A stretch of DNA of 63,774 nucleotides, counting the filler, from Collodictyon triciliatum (lineage: Eukaryota), in assembly GCA_043381765.1 (NCBI GenBank). It is 6 parts of 6 records of this genome, joined end to end, with 100 filler letters (N's around TTAATTAATTAA, not from the genome) between each part and the next. Parts side by side here need not be neighbours in the genome. Positions count along the whole stretch, not along the records: positions 38,832 to 47,096 come from JBHJMP010000689.1; positions 47,197 to 58,114 come from JBHJMP010000690.1; 4 more parts are not named here. The stretch is one strand, 5' to 3'. This document shows, piece after piece, positions 39,006 to 50,700 of the stretch. Positions within the stretch are counted from its first letter, which is position 1. Every line of letters starts with the position of its first letter. The notes under the pieces were generated by a model. The model was not told the DNA's origin and made no database searches. It saw only the letters and a list, made by a program, of their open reading frames with translations. Position numbers and translations under genes: made by a program.

Positions 39006-41381
39006 CTTTGTGACAACCGTGGTCAGCTCGCCAGGGGTGAAACGCATGTACGAACCGCTTCCATAGACCGCAGTGCAGACATCAAAGCCAGAGCCGACTG
39101 ATTCTTGGGCCAATGCGTGGCAGTATTGGGCCAGGTTGTGGACGATACCAAACTCCTTGGCCATGTTTGCGGCGCGCCGAGCTGAAGTCGGCTGCAGATG
39201 AAGCAGGTTGAACTGGGCCAACAGCGCAGCAACCAAGGAAGTCACAAGAGCCGCGGAGCTTCCGAGTCCAGTCTTGCGGATGGCTCCGCGCGAGGTCGGT
39301 CTCAAAAACTTTGGTAGCGAAGCTGAGTGGGTGCGGCTTGGGGCGAGGCCGCGGATTGACAGCTTTGAGTAAACACATATGATAATTAAGTCCGAGGTTA
39401 TCGTGCTCGATTTGGGGCTGGTGGGTCGTAGGATGAAAGAGTCTTTGCTGACAAGATTATTGGTGTATGAGTCACACATTTCAAAAAGGAATAAGGATAT
39501 AAGCGTAGGGTTTATCTGTGGTGGTGCTGGCGTGTCTTCTATTATTCTTGATCAATTTTATTTTGCATTACTTGTCTTTTCACTTCAAACCTGCTCTCTT
39601 TGGGAATAGAAGTCGTTGTCAGCAAGAATGGTCACTACAAGAAGCTGGTGTGTGGCCACCTCAAGCTGATCTGATGGGACAAGTTGCTCCAGAACAGCGA
39701 GGACAGTTCGGATGGTGACTTCGATGTAGCGGCTGGCATTTTCCTCAGAGCGACTAGAATGTTAAAGGAAGAGGTTTCATATTGAATCGGCTTAGTTTTA
39801 TTTTCCGCATTAGACTCAGCAAGATATATTAATATTAATTTTAATGATGAGTATATGGTTTTCGTGTGTAGTGCTGTAGTGTTTGTCGTTTATTTCTTCT
39901 CTCTTGGTTGTTTTAAAGTGAAATAAAAGAAATATTCATTTGTAAGAAGAGCGAGTCAAACTGTTGGAATATACTGTGAGGAGAGGAGGATTGCTTACAC
40001 AGACTGGAGTGCAGCAGTGCCCATCACATACTCGTAGTTATTATCCAGCAGGAACTGTGGGGCCAACACGTGGAGTCGGATACAGCCCTCTGCGAAAAAG
40101 AAAGCATATATTTAAGACATATTCAAAAAAAAGGAAAGAAAGAAAGGAAAGGAAAGCATATTCTTGCATCCCACAAGAATGAACTAAATTGTTTTGGAAT
40201 AAGTCATGCTGAATAACTCTTCTTGATTGATTTCAAAAAATTAGCAATTTTGTTTGCAAATGTAAAATTGATGGTTTTCTTATTTTTATTCAGCGTATTT
40301 TTTGTTATTTTTTGTTTGATGTCATCAGTTGGCTTCATAAATAGCCGAGTCAAACAAAATCGGGCATATTTCTATTTCTTTACTTTCATAAATGAGGATA
40401 ACAAGTACACTTTTCTTGCCGGCTGGTAATTATACTTAGTTTGTCGCATATTTTAAAAGTATTATGTAAAGTATATATTTCACCCTTATTTACTTGTAGT
40501 GAAAAACAATTTAACTTTGTTGTTTGTATATACATTCATAAATTGCAAACAAAGTCGCTAGTATACGAAACCACTAAAGGCTGATAATCACATCGGTGGT
40601 CAGAAACAAGTAAACAAAAGAAAATAAAGAGTGAAGAAGAAAGCAGGGAGAAAGTGCCTTCAACAAACCTCGGCGAGTGCTAGCAGACGAAGCCTGTGAA
40701 GAGTCCCGCAAAGGTGCGCGATCGATTGTGGTGAAGAAGCGAGAGGTGACCGCGACAGAGACGCCGACATTGGGACGCTCCAGAATGAGATATCCTCCGC
40801 TGATGAGGACTTTGCCGCTTGCTGAGATGCACCTGTTGCGAGACCATGCGGAGAGAATGGAATAAAAGGAGAGGTTGTCCAACCCTTAAGTAGTTTTTAT
40901 GTTTTATATGTTTTATATGTTTATTTTATGTTTTTTTATGTTTTTTTATGTTTTTTTATGTTTTTTATGTTTTTTATGTTTTTTTATGTTTTTTTATGTT
41001 TTTTTATGTTTTTTTATGTTTTTTTATGTTTATTTTATGTTTATTTTATGTTTATTTTATGTTTATTTTATGTTTATTTTATGTTTATTTTATGTTTATT
41101 TTATGTTTATTTTATGTTTATTTTATGTTTATTTTTTNNNNNNNNNNNNNNNNNNNNNNNNNNNNNNNNNNNNNNNNNNNNNNNNNNNNNNNNNNNNNNN
41201 NNNNNNNNNNNNNNNNNNNNNNNNNNNNNNNNNNNNNTGTTTTTTTATGTTTTTTTATGTTTTTTTATGTTTTTTTATGTTTTTTTATGTTTTTTTATGT
41301 TTTTTTATGTTTTTTTATGTTTTTTTCGAGTCGAAGGGAAATGCAAAAGAAATCAAGCATTGTTGCTTACACTTTGGGCAT
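39006..41381 (-). CDS. ERG8: Phosphomevalonate kinase, ERG8 (fungal/plant GHMP) type, 3'-truncated
   Basis: MPKV|CISASGKVLISGGYLILE, ILADNDFYSQ, GHMP motif KTGLGSSAALVTSLV, HNLAQYCHALAQESVGSGFDVCTAVYGS. Confidence 0.92.
40894..41326. repeat. Intronic (ATGTTTTTTT)n and (TTTTATGTTTA)n spanning an N gap
   Basis: Tandem repeats in ERG8 intron 1. Confidence 0.95.
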
Positions 41382-41850
41382 TCCAGGCGGCTTTCTGGAC
41401 TCGGGTGGGTGATCTGTGGAAACCTCTGTTCCAAGAAAAGATAAGAAGCAAAAGAGCGACATAAAAATGAATAAGGAAGAAGCAAAAGAACGGCATAAAA
41501 AAGGAAAAAGGAAAAAGGAAAAAGGAAAAAGGAAAAAGGAAAAAGGAAAAGGGAAAAAAAAACGACAGCCGATGTCGTCTCAGCTTCGCCAAGGCACACG
41601 CAACACTCTTCACTCGATTCTTTAATAAAAAGAAGCGGGAAGGCAACCGCACAGCCCACCACACACGCAGGCAATCCTCTGATTAGCACATCTGCTTTGT
41701 TGTGACGTGTGTTTTCTCTTTCCCCAGTCACTCTTTGACTCTTGAAGCTGCCTTTCGCTTCAGCGCGGTGACTTTGGCTGCGTTTTGGGTGTGGATGTGT
41801 GGATGCGTTGCCCAACAATAAAGTGTTTCTATAGTATCCACATATGGGTT

Positions 41851-44511
41851 TCAATCACCCCACAGGGCGGAGTGGCCTCGTGCCAAAATCTTGCGGCGGT
41901 GGCGCTTGTGTGGCGAAGGGCAAAACAGGGGTGGGAGATGCACGGGCTCCTTTTGCTCAAAGGATACAGGATTTATTCGTGATTTCGAAGGGCGCAATAG
42001 TATCTTCCTTCGACACTTTTTCTTTCCTAGCAGATGGCTCGGTATGGGGTAGAAATAAACAAATATTTGAGTTGTCTACCATACGAAATTCATTCTTTGT
42101 AAGATAGTTCCTTTCCTGAAAAAAAAAATATGCGGATGCCCTTTATTTCGCTCTCCTGTGTTCGTATAATCTTCCATCTGTTCCTTAGCACACCTCACAT
42201 TTGTCTTTCGCACTACTTCTCCCTCTCGAATCCACCTCTTTGTTCTCGGGGCTCTCCTTCTTCTCTTTCTTCTCTTCTCCATTTTTTCCCTCTTCCTTTT
42301 CTTCCTTTTCTGCATTCTCAAGGTTCTCTTCGATATCCACGTTCTCTTCCATTGGCACAGCCTCATTCTCCAAACGTTCATACTCTATGCCTAGCCGCGG
42401 CAGTTCCAAAATCTAAACAAAAAAACCGGCCCTCCTGAGTACCTCTTATTCTTAAAAAAAAAAATCTCCCCGTTCAGAATCATACATATATGTACGCTCG
42501 CGCTAAAAGTAATACATAAGCTATTCCCCTTGCTCTTTCGCTCTTCTATACCTTATTGTGGCTGGCGTCCAGGACTTCGAGGTTGCTCAGTCGGTTGATT
42601 GTCTCGGGGATGTTTGATATCTGTCTCCGCGTTTTTTCATCCATACATCGTACATATCGAGGTTCGTGTTGAAGTGTTAATGTGGAAGGGAGCGTAATCA
42701 TACATGATGTTTTCATGAGTATATTCCCAGCAATTATAACCTCACCTTATTGCATGAAATATCAAGGTGAGCGATGGCAGTAATCACACACACTGCTTCT
42801 GGAAACTGCTCAAACTATGGATGTATAAGGCTTTTGCTTACAAATAACTCCAACTGCCAACTGAAATTATACACACAAACCTTATTTCTTGCGATGGATA
42901 AGTATGTCAGTTTCCTTAGAAGGGTGATGGCGTCTGGCAATGCGGTGAGCTGCATCCCGTACAAGTTGAGAGACTGGAATCTGATTTCTGTTGTACTGGG
43001 ACTCCATCCTTGGTTTGGGAACAACTGAATCTGTGTATGTCTTTTTAGTACAGTAGTCAGGAAAACGTGATATTGTAATGGAGGGACCGACAGTTTCAAA
43101 TAGCTGTAGCGAGCGGATGGATTTGTAGTCGCCGTGGCCTTTATTAGTCCAGAGAGGGAGGCGGGTGATGCCTTTCGGAGCTCTGGTGATGGTTGCGTCT
43201 CCTTGGTGCTTGATGGCGAGGTTCTTTACATCGGTGAGAGTTGTGATTTGAGGTGGGAGCTCTTGTATCTAGAATTTACAAAGCGACATTGAATTACCGT
43301 ATGGAAATGAGGCAATAATACTATATAACAAAGTAGAAACTTTTCACAAGAAGCTAACAAACCGGATTAGCAGATAGATCGAGAAAAGTGAGACCAGTTA
43401 GGTAAGATATCTCGGGTGGGAGCGATGAGACTCGATTTGCTCTAATATTAAGCTCAGTCAGACCTGTTAATTTTGATATTTGCGGGGGCAAAGAGGAAAG
43501 GTTGTTTTCTCTGATGTCAAGTTGCTTGAGTCCGGTGAGATTGCATATTTCTGAAGAAAGTAAGTTCAAGTGGTTTGCATGGAGCAGAAAATCATTCAGT
43601 AAGGACAAGCACGATATTCCTGGAGGTAGATTAGACAAAAGATTGTATCTGACGTTGAGATATCTAAGAGATTTCAAACAAGATATTTCATGGCACAGAT
43701 CTGTCAGCTGGTTAGTTCCAATATTGAAAAAAGTGAGAGTAGTCATGCAAGATATTTCGCGCGGAAGAAATGAGAGCCGGTTCGTATGAAGATGGAGCAT
43801 TTCAAGTCTCACTAAACACGATATTTCAGGAGGCAAAGCTGAAAGTCTATTTGTGTGTAAATGGAGCTGCAATAGGTTCCTCAGGCACGATAATTCATGT
43901 GGAAGCGACAACAGATGATTGTCATGCATATCCAGGTATGTGAGACGTGTAAGGCACGATATTCCAGGAGCAAGAGAGGATATCCGATTTAAACACAACT
44001 GAATACCTTTCAAGGATGTCAAGTACGATATCTCGGAAGGCAACGATGACAATAGATTGAAACCAATACTTAGCCAGGTCAGATGCGTAAGGCATGATAT
44101 TTGTGGTGGGATAATTGAAAGATGGTTGGCATGAAGATGCAAAAGTTCCAAGCGGGATAAGGATGATATTTCCTGCGGCAAAATCTGGAGCCGGTTTGCA
44201 TGTGCATGAAGTTCAACAAGGGAATGCAGATGCGATATTTCTGGAGGCAGCGTTGGCATGTGATTGTCGTGGATATCGAGGTATGTCAGCATCGTCAACA
44301 GAGATATTTCTGTCGGTAGCGAGGAAAGTTTGTTTTCAAAAAGGTCTGCGCGGATGACATGACCCTGCTCAAAGAAATCGTGCGGGAATGAGGTAAGGCT
44401 CTTGCCACAAAGGTTCAGTATTTTTTGGTCTTGTTGGTATGTAATAATAAGAGGGTTGGCAGTGTTTTCGTGCTGCCCCATCGCACGATGGCTCGATAGC
44501 GTGTTGCCCAT
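41851..44511 (-). CDS. Leucine-rich repeat protein with putative N-myristoylation start (MGNTLS), about 14 tandem 23-aa LRRs in exon 1, further LRRs, and an acidic then basic tail
   Basis: Consensus LxxLxLxxNxLxxLPxEIxx in ORF 44511-43354. Downstream exons IQELPPQITTL, LNLYGMQLTALPDAI, LEVLDASHNK splice in frame. The last two exons are less certain. Confidence 0.85.
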
Positions 44512-44889
44512 GAGCCAGGGCCGATTCGAACGAGCTAGTTGTGGATGAATTACAAAGCTGGATAGGTATTTGCTTTCGCTTCGTGGCTTCTATGTTTATA
44601 AAAACAGAAAAAAAGAAAAATAGAAAAGAACAAATAAAAAAAACATAGTCAAAATCAAAGAATCAGAAGAGTGACTGCAAGCGAGGAGAGTGTTTGGCAG
44701 AGATGACTATTATCATGATTGATCACGTGGGACAACTTTATTCGCTTGGGTGATCAAATCGCTCAGTGAAGCAACGAATCCTGCACTGCAACGAAGAATA
44801 CAGTCGACTGCTGCACACAACCTTAAACATATTGATTTATCGGTGTGACTTTTTCCCAAACCACGACGTCGGTTTTGATTAGCGCTTTA

Positions 44890-45050
44890 CTTTTTCTTTT
44901 TCTTTTTCTTTTTCTTTTTCTTTTTCTTTTTCTTTTTCTTTTTCTTTTTCTTTTTTCTTTTTCTTTTTCTTTTTCTTTTTCTTTTTCTTTTTCTTTTTCT
45001 TTTTCTTTTTCTTTTTCTTTTTCTTTTTCTTTTCTTTTTCTTTTTCTTTT
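44890..45050. repeat. (TTTTTC)n
   Basis: Hexanucleotide repeat. Confidence 0.95.
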
Positions 45051-47009
45051 ATTTGTTTAATTGAAATGTGTGGAACATTCCTTTTCATCCACACCTTATT
45101 GAGACCTTGCTCGTAGGAAATCACATGGTCGGTGCGCATTTATTGTTTGAAAATCTGAGTGCGTTGCTGCGGATACAAATGGCGCCTTTTTCACGAGTTG
45201 TAAAAATATTATATCCAGAGAAACAGACAAATAACTACAGAGAGTTGGCAGTGAGACAAAGTGAAGCGCTTCTTTCATAACTGTTGCTACATTTTTTTTT
45301 TTTTTGGATACCGAAATTTAATCCACCCTGTAAAGTGGTATTTTTTCAGAGTCGGAGGAAGGATACCTGGTCGCTGACTTCTATCACTTCAAACCCATCT
45401 AAGCCAAGAATGGCCATATTCCTTAAGTCTAAACCTCGATACGCACTATCCTTAGCATATCAGTTCGCAGGAGAATATGACCTGTTGAGCGACATTTTGG
45501 TCGAGGTTATCACGCGGGATGATGAACCAGATTAAATATATTGCACTGCGACTAGCACAAGAAAGTCACTCGGGTGCGCTTGAGCTTTTCCAGTCTGGAT
45601 GCATTTTCAAACCTCGTTGGTGTTTTTCTTTTCTATCGTGATTCCGGGTTGAATGACTCAATTAAATGCCTTTTTGTCATATATCGGAATCATCAAATAC
45701 AATGCTACTGATAGCAGAGTTGGTTTTTTGCCGTCACACTGCCCCAGACGCAGAGAGAATAAGATTATATCGCTACAGTCGGTTTGTTTATACGGCCACC
45801 GTTTCAGAGAAACCGGACTGAATTCTTTGCCTATATATTCTGGGACACCAACAAAGGTCAAGATTACAAAAAAGGGGGGAAAAGGTTACTGGCGCCATAC
45901 ATGTGCCGTTCTTCTGTATTCGATTCACACAAATCCACATCATGTTAAATATTACTAATCCCTGACTTAAAAACCTCGTCAGGCTTACAAATATCCCAAT
46001 AATAAAAGACGGCACTTTGCCGCTTGAATGAGGCTCGATTATTTTACAATGGCAGGCAACCGCGTTTTCAACATAAACACACTTCAAATGCGGGCCGTCC
46101 TGTTTCTGGTGGAGCTCTCAACAATCTTTGGAGGTTGCTGGTATTTCAACCCAAGATACTACCGACCTCACAACCAACTATTTTGGGCTATTCGCACTTT
46201 CTTCTCCGTTGCTGCTGGTCGCAGAGACTTTGATTTTGAATGGAGTTTACATCGCGAAGGATGGCCGCTCATCAAAGATACCTGTTGCGTATTAAAAAAA
46301 AAAAAAAAAAAAAGGAATCAGCATGTTGTGTATTAGAGTTTGGGTATTATTTAATTTTTTTTGCGTTATTTTGAATCCGGACGTCTTTTATTCGGTGGTG
46401 TGATATTTCAATCCCTTCCTTTGGCATATTAAAGTAGCAGTTCCAGAAGCGATATTGGCGTCACAAATAGTTCTACATGAAAAATCAATAGCTACCGAAA
46501 ATCTCTTCCCTCTGTGAGAGTCGTCGCTGCTTCATCGCTCCATTTGGGTGGGGCTGCTCCCGAGAATGTTTTTATTTGCCTTCAAAATAAATTACGCGTT
46601 TCATTGAGGCTGGCCATGCAAAGTATTTTCTTCCACGAGAATCGGAAATTTCTGGGAGAATGTCGCATTCTTGCGTGTGGTTTATTGCTTGATTTCGCAT
46701 GGGTATTCTATGTGCTCGTATTGGAAAGTCCTTTATTAGCAGGCTAAAATGATTCAAAATGCATCTTAAAAGCAACCCACACCGAATATAAACAGTAAAA
46801 TAAAAAGTAAAAAAAATGCATCTAACATTATGCAAAGCACTTTGATTTCTTTTCGGTCACCCAGACATCATCAAAATCTATTGACTTTTGTGTGTGTGTC
46901 CAACTCAATTATAACAAAGCAATCAAAATGTGTAAACGAAAAGAGTTCCGACAATCAAAGATAGAACCTGTGGGAGCCACTCAAAAAACATGGTTATTCG
47001 CTGACCTGC

Positions 47010-47096
47010 TCGTCGCTGCCGAACTGCTGCGCTCAGCTTCTCCAGCATCCCGACCGTGTCTCGCCATCCCACACACCCATCCGTGATTGACTGTCC
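47010..47096 (-). CDS. C-terminal fragment of class I (AroF/G/H, ARO3/4-type) DAHP synthase
   Basis: Translates GQSITDGCVGWRDTVGMLEKLSAAVRQRR, matching the conserved G.SITDACI.W.DT...L..LA.AV..RR terminus. The rest is cut by the scaffold edge. Not in the ORF track. Confidence 0.8.
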
Positions 47097-47196
47097 NNNN
47101 NNNNNNNNNNNNNNNNNNNNNNNNNNNNNNNNNNNNNNNNTTAATTAATTAANNNNNNNNNNNNNNNNNNNNNNNNNNNNNNNNNNNNNNNNNNNN
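47097..47196. other. Artificial scaffold linker
   Basis: Same 100-nt linker. Confidence 0.97.
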
Positions 47197-47268
<72 letters not shown>

Positions 47269-47715
47269 TCGCTTGGGTCTGGACGAGTGTAAAAATCTAC
47301 CCTGCATTGTCAAATATACACCCCATTGATGACCATGGCTTAGTGATAAGAAAAATGCTTCTACTAGAAAAATTGGACAGATGATACCTCTATATTTGAG
47401 AGTATCTTCCTAGAATTATTCCTGAAATTTATGAATGCTTTTTTACCATATGAAAATTCAGCAAATACTTCGAATTGCACATTCCTGTTTATTTTTTTAA
47501 TTTTTCTTTTTTAGCAGATAATAAATAGAAAATAAAAGTAAAATAAAATGGAATGTAAATTAATAATAGTCATAAAATTAAAATAAGATATATTAAGAAA
47601 CAGAGAAACGCAATCATTCGTTGGACCAAAGGTGCCTTCCTCCGACTTACCCCATCTTTTTATCTCTGCAACTTGAATTTCTTCTAGTTTGTCAACTCTT
47701 TCAAACCGAGCCCAG

Positions 47716-50700
47716 TTGTTTCCTCGGAGACACAAGACCCAGTCTCGAAAAGAAAGTCAAGCAGCATCCTCGATAGCGATTCGAACAACCCAGACACAAA
47801 CACTGACGGACAGACCGTCACCAATTCTACTGAGCCAAAGAGTCGTCGAGTAAGTTTGTTTCATTTTATTTCACTCTACTTTACATTTTTTTTTTCTTCT
47901 CTCGCTTGACGGCATACTTGCGCTCTTTTTTGTGATTTACCTTGTGAAAGCAGTCAACACATCAATTCCGCCTTGATCTTCCCTTTTCTTTATTCGATTC
48001 AAAGAGCAGTCCTACGATTATATATACATATCTGCTATGGATAATTTCTCTCGACAGTCTCATTCACGCTTCCTTACCTGTTAGATCTCTTGGGCCCCAT
48101 CCATCCCCAAATTCTCTATTCATGAGGATCATTTTGGACCTTCCAGCAACCAAGTACCAACTTCCTCTTTCCCTAAATAAAAATATAAATATGTATAAAT
48201 GGTGTTTTTTTTTATGTAGAGAGCGAATACAGAAACACATTATTTCTTTTTATTCTTGTGAGACATTTTATACAACGATTGAAAATATCAAGCGATATAT
48301 ACGCAAAGCACATTTGCGTATGTTTTCGTCGGTGTAAACTCTCCTGTATTACTAATTTGTTCTTGTTCAAATAGATGAGTGGACCCAAAGGAACTCATTC
48401 AATATCAACAAAATGTGGTTACAATGCGAATCAGTCGTCAGGCGAGAAAAATCTTCAAAACGATACTAATCTACAAGGTTTCGTTGTATTNNNNNNNNNN
48501 NNNNNNNNNNNNNNNNNNNNNNNNNNNNNNNNNNNNNNNNNNNNNNNNNNNNNNNNNNNNNNNNNNNNNNNNNNNNNNNNNNNNNNNNNNNNNNNNNNNN
48601 NNNNNNNNNNNNNNNNNNNNNNNNNNNNNNNNNNNNNNNNNNNNNNNNNNNNNNNNNNNNNNNNNNNNNNNNNNNNNNNNNNNNNNNNNNNNNNNNNNNN
48701 NNNNNNNNNNNNNNNNNNNNNNNNNNNNNNNNNNNNNNNNNNNNNNNNNNNNNNNNNNNNNNNNNNNNNNNNNNNNNNNNNNNNNNNNNNNNNNNNNNNN
48801 NNATTTCTATTTCTATTTCTATTTCTATTTCTATTTCTATTTCTATTTCTATTTATTTTTTACCAACGCAAACCGCTTTATAACCGCAGCTACTTATAGA
48901 GCAGGGCTTATCATTTCCCCTTTCCCTTTTCATACTTGTTGTTATAGTCATTTTGCATAGGCCTATTTGGCATCCACTTATTTAACGCGAAATTACCCAC
49001 TCAAGGCTCAAATAAAGCCGGACAGAGGCGATGTCTTGCTAACCATTTACAATCTCTTTTCTACCACCTTTTATCAGTCTGCCTTTAGAGATCTTCTTCC
49101 GTCCCCCATTCAAAGTCGCCAAGCCGAACAACGCAAGCGCAAGCATTACAAATCGCTCCGCAGCCGAACTTCAGTTGGTGGGAAACAGGAGGAAGAATTC
49201 GAACAGACTTACCGAGAGATGAATTCACTGTTTCAATCATCAAATGCTGTAAAACCATCTCCTCTGGATGAGTCCAGAACGACACCATTTGAAACCACAC
49301 TGCCCATCAAAGAATCGACGGAACTCATTCGCTACAACGTGACAAGCGGAGAAACCACTGAAATCAATTTTGACGAGATCTTAAAAAGGGAGGAGCAGCT
49401 AAGAAGGAACCAGAGAGAGACCTCTGGTGATTTTCCTAAAGATTGTGACTCAGAGGTGAAGACCGAATAATTTTCAGTCATCCGCGCTGATAACTAATTT
49501 ATTTACACAGATGATATCTTTAAATTTTACCCTTTGTTTGGCTTTTACAATTATCTTTTTTTTTCCTTTCAGATTTATTTTCTCTTTCTCACTTTGTGAG
49601 TTTTATTTGTTTGGAAAATAACAATTTAACTCATGTGCTTATATTTCAGTAACTTGATCTTTCATAAAAATCAGTTTTTTTAAGGAGTGAATGCCAGATT
49701 TTAAAATTAATAGTATGCTCATATTTATGCTCATTATTTGTTACATTAACAAAATAACCATAATTTTTTTTAATCGTAATGTATATATATTCACTAAAAC
49801 AGGATATGACTGAGAGCTATCCCCAAGGTCCATTTGGTGGGAAATTTGAAAAGAGTGATATGAGTATTATTTCAATGCTCAGCGACAGAAATGTGAGATT
49901 ACTTTTTTTTTTCTTTTACATAGTGTCACATATGCGATACTTATTGACCCCCCCCCCCCCCCCCCCCCCCCCATCCGCGGCCTCCCCTGCCGCCTTCCAA
50001 GCGGACAGCCATTGCCCAGCTTTCACTTACGGTATAAGTTTCTNNNNNNNNNNNNNNNNNNNNNNNNNNNNNNNNNNNNNNNNNNNNNNNNNNNNNNNNN
50101 NNNNNNNNNNNNNNNNNNNNNNNNNNNNNNNNNNNNNNNNNNNCCCACCCCCCCCCCCCCCCCCCTTTGGATGATTTATGCAATTGATTGGTCAAAGAAT
50201 ACTGATGTTTCATTTATCTAATTACTGTAATAGTGGTACTCTTTTATGATCCTAAAATGATGTAAATATCATTATAGTATCTTAACATTTTGGAAAACAG
50301 AAAGGAAGATTAAAAAGTAATTATAATATGTTCTTTCTGTCTACGCCCTAGGCAAAGCCATCTTCTTCCGACACATTTGACAGAATGCAATCCGCTCCTG
50401 TGGAAGAATCATTTTCAATGGATATTACAGAGTGCTATTCACGACCTATAGCCAACCAAGAGGACTCTGAAAGCAATGACGAACAACAAATTTCTAATGA
50501 GGACATGGAACTCACTGGAGTAAACCTTTATTTTAAACACTTTAATATCATTTTTTTTTTTTTACTATCACTGAAGTTCCTTTAGATGCGGTCATCAAAG
50601 CAACGTACCGATAATGAATTCAAAATGTTCTCTTTATTTTTCATACAATCAAATTCTCATAGTTTGTGGACGTTAGTACCCGACTTACAATAATTAAATT

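Noticed and set aside
41959-41967. Minus-strand GTATCCTTT in the LRR gene
   Set aside because: Falls within the open last exon (PVSF); no downstream U12 branch or acceptor seen.
38832-47096. ERG8 near DAHP synthase (and the MFS gene across the linker) as a metabolic gene cluster
   Set aside because: The MFS gene is on another scaffold, and two primary-metabolism genes separated by an LRR gene are not evidence of a cluster.
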